Assembly (NCBI GenBank): GCA_965203295.1
Contig: CBDBCZ010000019.1
Coordinates: 960,001 to 1,024,000 of the forward strand
DNA: 64,000 bases
DNA from: Nitrospirales bacterium
Lineage (GTDB): Bacteria > Nitrospirota > Nitrospiria > Nitrospirales > UBA8639
Reading direction: 5' to 3'
In this document: positions 9,302 to 18,644 of the stretch, piece by piece
Layout: every line of letters starts with the position of its first letter
How positions within the stretch are numbered: position 1 is the stretch's first letter
Made by a program: the position numbers and the translations under genes
The notes under the pieces: generated by a model
Told to the model about the DNA's origin: nothing
Databases searched by the model: none
The model's input: the letters and a program-made list of their open reading frames with translations, nothing else

Positions 9302-9311
9302 GAATGCTAAC
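9302..9311 (-). other. Integron-type core site GTTAGCATTC before cassette gene 3
   Basis: 9/10 complementary to GAATGCGAAC (minus strand 8288-8279), 8 bp after the stop of the same gene. Confidence 0.6.
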
Positions 9312-9568
9312 TAGAAATAGACTGCCCGAATGCCGAATTATCTTACGGTTTTTTCATGGTCAATATGAATGGAAATACTCTAAGTTTGTTTAACTATAAA
9401 CACAATTCTTAATCTATCAAACAATTGAGACTGAGATGCAAATCAGGTATTATGGCAATTTTTTGATCAGGTTCCGCAAAGAAGTCGGCATAAACACAAG
9501 GCCTCCAAACGGAAAACATGTACCTGCTAGGGTACAATCTCTCGCTGATTGGAGTCCCGTGGATTGAG

Positions 9569-10453
9569 TTAAGACCCTACGCCGATTTTGGTGAGGATCG
9601 ACTCAGGAGAAATGATGTTTCGTGATAAGCCGAGCGATTTGGGTTCCATGCCCATGGCTAGGCCTAGGAGTTGAGGCAGGTGCAGAATGGGGAGGTTGAT
9701 GTGGGTATTCGTTTGCTTGCCCGCTTTGGATTGCATGCCGTCAAGATTCAAATGGCACAAAGGACAAGGGGTGACCATGATGTCGGCTCCATGAGCTTTG
9801 GCATCGTTCGTGTGGGTCGCTACCATGGTGAGTGAGTTGGGTTCGTTAATGGTCAAGATAGGGAAGCCGCAACAACGACTCTTCCCAGGAAAGTCCACCA
9901 CTTCGGCTCCGAGGATTTCAATCACCTTTTCCAAAGCCTCAGGACGTTTCGAATAAGGGTTGAATCCTAATGCTTCAGCCGGCCGTTGTAGATAGCAGCC
10001 ATAAAATGGCGCAGCGCGAAGGCCTGTGAGTGGTTTCGTGATGTATTGTCGCAATTTCTCTTCTTCAATATCCTCCAATAGGATCCACAAGAAATGTCGA
10101 ATGTGCGTGGTGCCTTTATAGACAAGGCCTTCTTCCGCAAGCACTGTGTTAATCTCAGCTAAGTAGTCAGGATCGTTCCTCAACCGGTGGTTGGCTTGGC
10201 TCATCACGCCTTGACAGGTGCTGCAAATCGTCATGATGTGTAGATCTTGTTGTTCCGCAAGCGCAAAGGTTCGAGCATTTAAGATATCGCCCAATCGTGG
10301 ATCTTTTTCCTGTAACACACCGGCACCCGTGCACGAAGCCGTGGTCATTTCTTCGAGTTCAATCCCAAGTTTGGGATAGACCTGCATCACGGATTGGTAG
10401 AGTTCTGGACAAGCCCCTTTTGAAACGCAGCCAGGGAAAAAGGCGTATTTCAT
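9569..10453 (-). CDS. CCG-domain (HdrB-like) subunit of type-E succinate:quinone oxidoreductase (SdhE)
   Basis: FFPGC, CTGAG, CSTC, FYGC, CCG, CPLC; overlaps the sdhB stop. Confidence 0.9.
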   Translation of the reverse strand: MKYAFFPGCVSKGACPELYQSVMQVYPKLGIELEEMTTASCTGAGVLQEKDPRLGDILNARTFALAEQQDLHIMTICSTCQGVMSQANHRLRNDPDYLAEINTVLAEEGLVYKGTTHIRHFLWILLEDIEEEKLRQYITKPLTGLRAAPFYGCYLQRPAEALGFNPYSKRPEALEKVIEILGAEVVDFPGKSRCCGFPILTINEPNSLTMVATHTNDAKAHGADIMVTPCPLCHLNLDGMQSKAGKQTNTHINLPILHLPQLLGLAMGMEPKSLGLSRNIISPESILTKIGVGS

Positions 10454-11409
10454 GTTTTCTTCTCCACATGTTTAAAGAGATTGCGGATTTGGTGAATTCC
10501 TTGAATTGGTCGATGTAACGGGCCTGAAGGTGGCAACTTCCGGTGAAGGAATGATTGTATGGCAAGGGGTATCATAGACAGTAAACGGGGAAGATTGCGC
10601 CATCCTAACGTGCGCATTGCTAACATGGGTTCATCCAGGAGGCCTTTTTGACGGATAATATCTGTGAAGACTTCTGCATGGCGGGAGCCGCACGTCGAGG
10701 GAACTTTTTCCTCCATACCTTTTGACCGTAAGGCCATGATACGATCCATGGGCGCCACACCTTTCGGACAGACCTGGATACATTCCATACATCGTGTGCA
10801 GTCCCACATCCCACCAGGTTGATTGAGTGCATCCAGGCGAGCCTTCTTTGAGCCGTCCCGTGGATCAGCCACAAATCGGTAGGCTTTCGCCAACGCAGCA
10901 GGTCCCACAAATCTCGAATCAATCTCCAGTACGGTACAATCTGACACACAAACCCCACACATAATGCAGCTCATGACACCTGCTAGATGGTTCATGGCTT
11001 CTGCTGGGGCCACGTATTCGGCTTTTGGAGCTGGTCGTTCTGGCTGCAGCCACGGCTTAACTTGGCGCATTTTAGACCAAAAGGAGGCCATGTCCGTGAC
11101 CAAATCCTTAATGACTGGCATGTTGTTCATAGGCTCAACTTGAATGGTTCCACCCTGTGGGGCTATGGACACAACTTTCGTTTTACACGCTAAGGTGGCG
11201 TGGCCGTTGATCCGCATGCCGCATGAACCGCAGATGGCTCCACGACAGGAGCAACGAAGGGCTAGAGAGTCATCTAAGGTTTCTCGAACTTTGATGAGCC
11301 CATCCAACACACTGTCCGACTGATCGAGAGCAAGCGGATACTCTTGATAATAAGGCTTGGGATTTTCAGTCTCTGGGTTGAAGCGTTGAATGCGAAGAAT
11401 AGTCTGCAT
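10450..11409 (-). CDS. sdhB: Succinate dehydrogenase/fumarate reductase Fe-S subunit
   Basis: SCRGAICGSC...LAC; CIMCGVCVSDC; CTRCMECIQVCP; C-terminal amphipathic extension. Confidence 0.95.
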   Translation of the reverse strand: MQTILRIQRFNPETENPKPYYQEYPLALDQSDSVLDGLIKVRETLDDSLALRCSCRGAICGSCGMRINGHATLACKTKVVSIAPQGGTIQVEPMNNMPVIKDLVTDMASFWSKMRQVKPWLQPERPAPKAEYVAPAEAMNHLAGVMSCIMCGVCVSDCTVLEIDSRFVGPAALAKAYRFVADPRDGSKKARLDALNQPGGMWDCTRCMECIQVCPKGVAPMDRIMALRSKGMEEKVPSTCGSRHAEVFTDIIRQKGLLDEPMLAMRTLGWRNLPRLLSMIPLAIQSFLHRKLPPSGPLHRPIQGIHQIRNLFKHVEKKT

Positions 11410-11475
11410 AGTAAGTTCGAGTTTCAAGTTTAAAGCAATATCAGTTACTGAATTTTCGATTCAATGCTCGGAATA

Positions 11476-13200
11476 TCAATACACTCGGGCTTGGGGTTCC
11501 CATTGAGTGATGCGGACGGGTAAATAGTCGACTTGAGGGGAACTTTCCTGATTATGATAAATCAAGATGTGCTTGAGCCATTGCTCATCATCGCGCTCCA
11601 AGCAATCAGTGCGAAAGTGGGCTCCGCGACTTTCCTTCCTCGTTAATCCACCCATGACAATGGTTTCGGCACAATCCAGCATAAACCCAAGTTCTAATGC
11701 CTGAATAAGCCCGGTGTTAAACACTTGCCCTTTATCTTTCACGGTGATGCTACCCCAGCGCTCTTGCAAGTTGGCAATAGTCTGTTGGGCGGTTTCCATG
11801 CCCTCCTGCTCTCGGAATACTCCAAGATGTTTGTGCATCGTGACGCCCATTTCATAACGAATGCTGGTGACCGAATCTGAGCTGTCCTTCCTGTTGAGAA
11901 TGGCGGAGACCTTCGTCTGTTCTTGCTGAACTACAGAATCAGAAACCTTGGGAGCAGGTGTCGCCTTCGCGTAGGCCGCTGCGCAATTCCCCGCGCGTCT
12001 TCCAAAGACGACCGTGTCTAATAAAGAATTGGCGCCTAGACGGTTCCCGCCGTGAAGACTGATGCAGGCTGTTTCACCAGCCGCAAACAGACCATGTAGC
12101 CCTTTCCACCTGCCGTGAATATCCCAGCAGCGTCCGTCAATGTCTGTTTTGATTCCTCCCATTTGATAATGCATGCCTGGGCGGATGGGAATGGGTTCTT
12201 GAGTCAGATCAATATTGGCGAAGGTTTTTGCTTCTTCACTGATCTGTCGGAGCCGTTCCTGAATAAACCGTTTCCCCAAATGGCGGCAATCCAGCAATAC
12301 GCACCCATCCACCCCGCGTCCTTCGTTGATTTCAATTTGTTCCGCACGAGACACAACATCGCGTGAGGCCAACTCCATCATGTTGGGAGCGTACCACTCC
12401 ATAAAGCGCTCCTTTTCATTGTTCAGAAGATAGGCTCCTTCTCCGCGTGCTGCCTCACTTATCAATAAGCCTTTGCCTTTTAACGTGGTTGGATGGTACT
12501 GCACCATTTCCATGTCCATGAGCGGGGCGCCAGCTTGATAGGCCAAGGCCATTCCGTCTCCAGTGCAGATCAAGGCATTCGTACTAGGCTCGAAGACACG
12601 CCCCAATCCGCCAGAGGCGATGATAACAGTTTTAGCTTTGAATAGGCAGAATTTCCCAGTCCGAATTTCAAAAGCCATGACTCCTCCACAATGGCCGTGG
12701 TCATCATGGACGAGGCCAGTGACAAACCACTCTTCAAAGGTAGGGATTTGAGCTTGGAGAATTTGCTCGTAGAGCACGTGCAAGATAGCTTGTCCTGTGA
12801 AATCCGAGACAAAAAAGGTCCTGGCTCGTTTCTGACCTCCAAACTGTCTGGTCCCTAATCGACCTTCCTCGTTTCGGTTGAAAATCACTCCCATATGTTC
12901 CAAATCCAATATGTCTTGACCGCCTTCCTGGGACAATACTTCGACAGCATCCTGATCGCCTAAATAATCGCTTCCCTTAATTGTGTCAAAAGCATGGTCC
13001 TCCCAGACATCACCGCGATCAGTCAGTGCAGCGTTGATGCCTCCTTGCGCTGCATTAGAGTGGCTTCTCACGGGATGGACTTTCGACAGCATGGCCACCT
13101 TGACTCCGCTCTCATGAGCTGCCAATGCTGCCCGCATGCCAGCTAACCCTGCACCCATCACCACGACATCAAATTCGTCGGTGTCGATCATGAGAGACAA
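11476..13200 (-). CDS. sdhA: Succinate dehydrogenase/fumarate reductase flavoprotein
   Basis: [52 protein letters not shown]. Confidence 0.95.
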   Translation of the reverse strand: MSLMIDTDEFDVVVMGAGLAGMRAALAAHESGVKVAMLSKVHPVRSHSNAAQGGINAALTDRGDVWEDHAFDTIKGSDYLGDQDAVEVLSQEGGQDILDLEHMGVIFNRNEEGRLGTRQFGGQKRARTFFVSDFTGQAILHVLYEQILQAQIPTFEEWFVTGLVHDDHGHCGGVMAFEIRTGKFCLFKAKTVIIASGGLGRVFEPSTNALICTGDGMALAYQAGAPLMDMEMVQYHPTTLKGKGLLISEAARGEGAYLLNNEKERFMEWYAPNMMELASRDVVSRAEQIEINEGRGVDGCVLLDCRHLGKRFIQERLRQISEEAKTFANIDLTQEPIPIRPGMHYQMGGIKTDIDGRCWDIHGRWKGLHGLFAAGETACISLHGGNRLGANSLLDTVVFGRRAGNCAAAYAKATPAPKVSDSVVQQEQTKVSAILNRKDSSDSVTSIRYEMGVTMHKHLGVFREQEGMETAQQTIANLQERWGSITVKDKGQVFNTGLIQALELGFMLDCAETIVMGGLTRKESRGAHFRTDCLERDDEQWLKHILIYHNQESSPQVDYLPVRITQWEPQARVY

Positions 13201-13263
13201 CGCACTCCACGGTCGCTGTTTGGTGCAGCCATCGAATGTGGAAAGAATAAGGGTCGGTATGGT

Positions 13264-14412
13264 TTATGACGGAGAGGCGCTTCGTGTTTCCAAAGGTTCG
13301 TAATGGCGATCATGTGGTCCTTCATAAATTTGATCTGGACGGAAAAGATGATTTTCTTGGTATTGCTCAAAACAATGGCCTAACCAGCCAGCGACTCTCG
13401 CCATGGCAAAAATGGGTGTGAACAAATCAGTTTCGATTCCCATACGATGGTAAATTAGGCCAGAATAGAAATCCACGTTCGGACGGATACCTTTGTGCCC
13501 AACCCGCTGTTCCATTTCTTGCTCAACTGTTCGAGCGATTTGAAACAGCGAATCCGTTTCCTCTTTCTCTTCCTCGAGTTGTTGAGCCAAGCCTTGGAGG
13601 AAGATCGCGCGAGGGTCTTTAACCTTGTAAACCTTATGGCCGAATCCCATAACTTTATCTTTCGCTGACAGCTTCTGTTCCACGTAAGTCGGAACACGAT
13701 CCACTGACCCGATTTCCTTCAACATATGAATGACGGCCTCATTTGCTCCACCGTGAAGTGGACCTTTTAGCGTGCCTATGGCGGAGGAGATTGCCGTATA
13801 CGGATCAGCCAATGTCGAGGCCGTCACTAATCCGCTAAAGGTAGAGGCATTCATCGTGTGTTCTGCATGAAGAATGAGACAGCTATCGAATATTTGGGGG
13901 ATGGAGGGCTCTGGCACATTCTCAAACAACATATAGAAGAAATTTTCCGAGTATGACAGATCATCTCTAGGCTGAATCTGATCGTCTCCTCGTCGGAGCC
14001 GTGCGAAGGCAGCGACGATGGTGGGGAGTTTGGCGATAAGGCGAACGGCTGCCAAATACCACCCTTCCTGATCTCGTACATCGCGGACCGGGTAAAACAT
14101 GCCAAGCGCTGCCACAGCCGCCTGAAGAGCATCCATGGGGTGTCCTTGTTCAGGAAGCGATTTGATCAGGTCGGTAATCCGGTACTTAATCCGGCGGTGT
14201 ACTGTGAGGTCTCGATGAAACTGAATTAATTTTTCCTTCGTAGGGAGTTCGTTAAACAGGAGGAGAAATGCAGTCTCAGCAAATGTACTCTTTTGAGCCA
14301 ATTCCTCGATCGGTATGCCACGATACTGCAAAACTCCTTTTTGACCATCAACGTGGCTAATGGTTGACTTGGTTGCTGGAACCCCGGCTAACCCAGGAAA
14401 GAAATCATGCAT
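13264..14412 (-). CDS. gltA: Citrate synthase
   Basis: LHAEHTMNAST, GPLHGGANE, GFGHKVYKVKDPRA, PNVDFYSG. Confidence 0.95.
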   Translation of the reverse strand: MHDFFPGLAGVPATKSTISHVDGQKGVLQYRGIPIEELAQKSTFAETAFLLLFNELPTKEKLIQFHRDLTVHRRIKYRITDLIKSLPEQGHPMDALQAAVAALGMFYPVRDVRDQEGWYLAAVRLIAKLPTIVAAFARLRRGDDQIQPRDDLSYSENFFYMLFENVPEPSIPQIFDSCLILHAEHTMNASTFSGLVTASTLADPYTAISSAIGTLKGPLHGGANEAVIHMLKEIGSVDRVPTYVEQKLSAKDKVMGFGHKVYKVKDPRAIFLQGLAQQLEEEKEETDSLFQIARTVEQEMEQRVGHKGIRPNVDFYSGLIYHRMGIETDLFTPIFAMARVAGWLGHCFEQYQENHLFRPDQIYEGPHDRHYEPLETRSASPS

Positions 14413-14503
14413 AGAGAAACATCCTTATTGGAGAATAACTGGTTATGAGAAATGGGAGGTGAGAATCTTATTCCCCCTATGAGCAATGGCCGTATCCAAG
14501 TCA

Positions 14504-14905
14504 TTAATCCTGGCCGATTCTTGGTTCAGAATAACTCGCAAAGCAAACAAGAAGATCCCGGATTGACAGAAGTCCAACAACTTTACCCGCCTGAGAAACC
14601 GGCAAGTGGCGAATGTTCAGATCCGCCATCATATCATGAGCGTCCCGTAAAGATCGTGTGCTCTCGATGGTGGCAAGGGGCGTGGTCATAATCTTTTCCA
14701 CGGCCACTTTGGTCTGATACAGTTTTTCAGCAACAGCCCTCTGGACTATGTCGGTGTCGGTAATGATCCCAATCATCTCTCCATTCTCTTCGACCAATAA
14801 TGAACAAATTCGATCACTTTGCATGAGTTGAGCCGCCTCAGTGATCGAAGTCCCTCAGTGAATAGTTTTTATGCCAGTCGTCATGATGTTTGCTATTGTG
14901 GACAT
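14504..14905 (-). pseudogene. Tandem CBS-domain protein with in-frame TGA
   Basis: ATG 14905 reads MSTIANIMTTGIKTIH*GTSITEAAQLMQSDRI; TGA at 14855-14857; the remainder is ORF 14504..14824. Confidence 0.8.
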
Positions 14906-15309
14906 TGGATTACCCTACTTTTGATTGGTTCAAAGGTTCGTCCTTCAGATACATTAAGCCACGTCCCACAATATAAGGACTTGGGCTATCAATCGCTACC
15001 CCTCTCCTTACTCCAGTATACTATAACACCCGAATTGATCTTTGGCGTACACTTTCTGATCGATTGGCAAGTAATGTTTTCCACACCATAGCTCCTCCCC
15101 TTGGTCATGATGACGTTCCTTTTGGTGTGGAATATCTGGGGTCGGAGTGGGGTGAGGCAAGTGGGAGGGGAGGGCTGAAGTTTTGAGGTAAATCCTAGAG
15201 AAACAGCGAGTTTGAGTTTTTTGGCAATACGGGAGAGACGCGTGGGCCAGCGAGCGCTGCCCCAGCTGCAAAGTTCTGTTAGAGCTCAACGCTGCTAGGG
15301 ACTTCCAAC

Positions 15310-15897
15310 TTATTTCAGAGGAAATTGAATAATGATGCCTCCCATGACATCGTTGAGCTTGTAGTTCCGCCTCGGACTGAGCGAGTGTTCATTGTGACAG
15401 GTTACGCAGGCTTGAGAGACCGCTCTATCCGCATAGATCGCTTTGTAGTGGGGACTTTCTGCTCTTCTGATCGTACCCGTATATACTGCGCTTGGATCAT
15501 CCGACACCGCCTGCAATCCTGTTCGTTCGAAGTCCGTGGCCGGCATATTGGCCTCCTCAACAGGCCATAAGCTCGCAAGCCGGTACTTGAGGCCGGATCC
15601 CTTCTCTGCCACCTCAAGCCCTGCAAGTTGCAGCATTTGAGCTGGAAGGGGAAGCTGGTTACTCTGGTCCCAGTCTTGTGACGCCAGGGCTTTCCCATGA
15701 TGCTGCATCCTTTCGACCACGAGGGAGGCATACAGGGTCCGGTCCGCTTCAATAATCGCATGGACATAGTCTGCAACCACCTTTGGCGCAACACAGGCCT
15801 CGTCGCCCACTTCTCTCGTTCCCGAGGAACAGCCCACATACGCAACCAACGCGAACCCAGCAAGAAGGGTTCCCCGCAAGAAAATTGTTTTGATCAT
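15310..15897 (-). CDS. DUF3365/Tll0287-like c-type heme lipoprotein
   Basis: GGAGG RBS; lipobox-like YVGC; LPLPAQML, YRLASLWP, CVTCH, GGIII. Confidence 0.85.
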   Translation of the reverse strand: MIKTIFLRGTLLAGFALVAYVGCSSGTREVGDEACVAPKVVADYVHAIIEADRTLYASLVVERMQHHGKALASQDWDQSNQLPLPAQMLQLAGLEVAEKGSGLKYRLASLWPVEEANMPATDFERTGLQAVSDDPSAVYTGTIRRAESPHYKAIYADRAVSQACVTCHNEHSLSPRRNYKLNDVMGGIIIQFPLK

Positions 15898-16016
15898 GAC
15901 GCCACCTCCTCTGCATGTACTTCCTGCTAAAAAGAGAACGCCTCGCACGGCAGGTGAGGAAGGGAACGTTCCCTAATCCTCGGGCTGGTCTGGGCTGATC
16001 CTCTCAGCTTGTGCGC

Positions 16017-16060
16017 AAAACACAAAAGCCCTTCAGGCACAGTGTCACCCGAAGGGCTTT
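16017..16060 (-). terminator. Intrinsic terminator in the leader of the DUF3365 gene
   Basis: Minus strand AAAGCCCTTCGGG-loop-CCTGAAGGGCTTT-TGTGTTTT; the single non-Watson-Crick pair is G-U only on this strand. Confidence 0.7.
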
Positions 16061-16239
16061 CTAAAGGAAGTCCTAATGATCGAGGACGTCTGTTCGTGCC
16101 ATTCACCCCATACCTAGACCCTGACTGCCTTCTGTGAACAGTTCGAGCCTACGCCTCTACGCGAAGCTAGTCAACGGGTCTACTTGCTAGGTGGCCTGTT
16201 TTTAGATAGAGAGACACAAAAGAGATAGAAGGTGATTCG

Positions 16240-16340
16240 CTCTTCGAGGTTGGCGAATAGTTTTTATAGCAGTCGTCATGATGTCTGCTATTATGGACAT
16301 TGGATTTTTCTCCTTAATTGACTCTGAGCGTATACTATAA
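16240..16340 (-). pseudogene. Truncated duplicate of the 5' end and promoter of the CBS gene at 14504-14905
   Basis: 16256-16306 nearly identical to 14861-14911 (MSIIADIMTTAIKTI vs MSTIANIMTTGIKTI); shared GTATACTATAA at about 16330 and 15016. Confidence 0.7.
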
Positions 16341-16515
16341 GGTATGCGGATAAAGGTGAATATTCGGTGAGAAATCAGGGAATTCCCTCTGTTTTTGTAG
16401 GCAGGGTGTACAATGATTGTAGGAGCGAATGAGAAGGATATTTTATGGGGCAAACGATTGTGAATGTGATACTGAAAAATGCCGAAACATCATCTTAGAT
16501 CTAAAAGGAGGCCAC

Positions 16516-17994
16516 ATGGATAACCTGGCAAACAATTTTATTGGCGGAAAGTGGGTTCCAGCTCGTTCGGGACAACAGTTTGAAAGCCGCAATTCTGCCA
16601 CGGGGGAGCTTATCGCGCAATGTGCTGATTCTGGGCAGGATGATATCAACAAGGCTGTGGCTCGAGAGGCATTCGAACCATGGCGGCTAGTCCCTGCCCC
16701 TCGTCGGGGAGAAATTTTGTTTCGTGTTGCTGAGCGCCTGCAGCGCGACAAAGAAGAACTTGGACGGTCTCTCACCAGTGAAATGGGCAAGGTGCTCGTG
16801 GAAGGGCGAGGGGATGTTCAGGAAGCCATCGATATGGCGTATTACATGGGTGGGGAGGGCCGGCGTCAGTTTGGTCAGATCGTGCCATCAGAACTCGCGG
16901 ATAAAGTGGCGTATGGTGTCAGAGAACCCTTAGGCGTAGTAGGACTCATCACACCTTGGAACTTCCCCATGGCTATCCCCGCTTGGAAAAGCTTTCCTGC
17001 CCTGATCATGGGCAACACCGTGGTTCTGAAACCATCTCCTGAAACCCCGGTCACAGCCGCTCTTTTTGTCAAGGTGTTGGAAGAATGTGGGATCCCACCT
17101 GGTGTGATCAATCTCGTGCTGGGGAGTGCTCATGATTTGGGAGCAGCCTTGGTTCGACATCCGGATGTAGCCTTGATTTCATTCACAGGCTCAAAGGTTA
17201 CAGGTAGAAAAGTCGCCGTAGAAGCTGCCACGCATGACAAGCGGGTGGCGCTGGAGATGGGAGGGAAAAACGCCATTATCGTTCTCGACGATGCCGACCT
17301 TAATCTTGCCGTGGATGGCATACTGTGGAGCGCGTTTGGAACGAGTGGCCAGCGGTGTACCGCATGCAGTCGGCTTATTGTACACCACGATGTGAAAGAG
17401 AAATTGGTCTCCCGGTTACTGGATCGAATGGCCAAATTGCGGGTAGGGAACGGTTTAACTCCGGAGGTAGAGATAGGACCGATTATTAGTCGAGCCCAAC
17501 TTGATCGTGTCCAGCAATATGTCGACATCGGAAGAAAGGAAGGGGCACGCTTACTCGCAGGTGGTCATGCGTTGTCTGATGGCGAGTACAAGCATGGCTA
17601 CTATTTTGCTCCTACCTTATTCGATGAAGTTTCTCCCAATATGCGGATCGCTCGAGAAGAGATCTTCGGCCCTGTCCTTTGCGTGCTGAAGGTTCAAAGT
17701 CTCGAAGAGGCCATCACCCTCAACAATTCTAGTGAATATGGGTTATCTACCTCTCTGTATACGCAGGATGTGATGAAGGCCCAGCGAGGTATGCGCGACC
17801 TGAGAACGGGGATTGTATATGTCAATGCCGGAACGATTGGGAGCGAGGTCCATTTACCCTTCGGCGGTGTCAGGAATACAGGAAATGGTCATCGTGAAGC
17901 CGGCCAGGCTGCTTTAGAGACATTTAGTGAATGGAAGTCCATCTATGTGGACTATAGTAGACGCCTTCAACGCGCCCAGATTGATGTTGAATGA
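16516..17994 (+). CDS. Aldehyde dehydrogenase (probable 2-aminoadipate-semialdehyde/P6C dehydrogenase)
   Basis: ITPWNFP, FTGS, LEMGGKN, GQRCTAC, EEIFGP, PFGG; PAPRRGE typical of ALDH7-related enzymes; AGGAGG RBS. Confidence 0.9.
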   Translation: MDNLANNFIGGKWVPARSGQQFESRNSATGELIAQCADSGQDDINKAVAREAFEPWRLVPAPRRGEILFRVAERLQRDKEELGRSLTSEMGKVLVEGRGDVQEAIDMAYYMGGEGRRQFGQIVPSELADKVAYGVREPLGVVGLITPWNFPMAIPAWKSFPALIMGNTVVLKPSPETPVTAALFVKVLEECGIPPGVINLVLGSAHDLGAALVRHPDVALISFTGSKVTGRKVAVEAATHDKRVALEMGGKNAIIVLDDADLNLAVDGILWSAFGTSGQRCTACSRLIVHHDVKEKLVSRLLDRMAKLRVGNGLTPEVEIGPIISRAQLDRVQQYVDIGRKEGARLLAGGHALSDGEYKHGYYFAPTLFDEVSPNMRIAREEIFGPVLCVLKVQSLEEAITLNNSSEYGLSTSLYTQDVMKAQRGMRDLRTGIVYVNAGTIGSEVHLPFGGVRNTGNGHREAGQAALETFSEWKSIYVDYSRRLQRAQIDVE

Positions 17995-18010
17995 CACCTG
18001 GAGAGTGAAA

Positions 18011-18613
18011 ATGGTCGATGAAAAAGCAAAACTCGAAGCATTGGTCGATGGGCTAGTCGCTGATTATCTTGAAGGGAATGCCGCAGCGCGTCTTCTGAAG
18101 GGCAGTCTCGACGAAATTGGGATTGGCTTTTCTCCTGTCCTGGACCATATCACGCTCCGCACTCGTGATATCGACACACGAGCAGGGGAGTTTGTCCGAT
18201 TAGGCTATGAGTTTGTGGAGACCCTCGAATACGGAGATTGGTTTGCCAAAGTGTACCGAACCCCAGGATTTCCTGCATTGTTTATTGATCAGGCCTATGC
18301 TGATCAACGGGGTAAAACAAGCGTCATTCCCAAGTGGGTCGACATGTTTACTGATCGACGGCTCCACCATGTTGCCGTATTAGTTCAGGATATTGAATAG
18401 GCTATGGCTCAACTCCAATCCAAAGGCGTGATGTTCCGAGGCGAGATTATCGGAGACAAGGGGAATGTGCTTCGGCAAATCTTCTCGGCACCTGAAGAGG
18501 TTAAAGGTGAACCGTTTACGGTTCTTGAGCTGACTGAGCGACATGCGGGGTACATGGGATTTTCACCTCCACAGGTGGATGCCCTCATGCAATCCACAGT
18601 CAAAAGTGCCTAA
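18011..18613 (+). pseudogene. VOC-fold, DUF1338/HglS-like protein with in-frame TAG
   Basis: DHITLRT, LHHVAV, LRQIFS, LELTERH, GFSPPQVDALMQST; TAG at 18398-18400 joins ORFs 17927..18400 and 18404..18613 in frame. Confidence 0.7.
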
Positions 18614-18644
18614 TGCGGACAAGTAAAACCGAAGAGTACGAGCA

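Noticed and set aside
16060..16195. Assignment of the leader to c-di-GMP-I, glnA, guanidine or ANTAR motifs
   Set aside because: Only fragments match (GGGTCTA, CGTTGAC, GAAAGCCC); the defining conserved nucleotides are missing.
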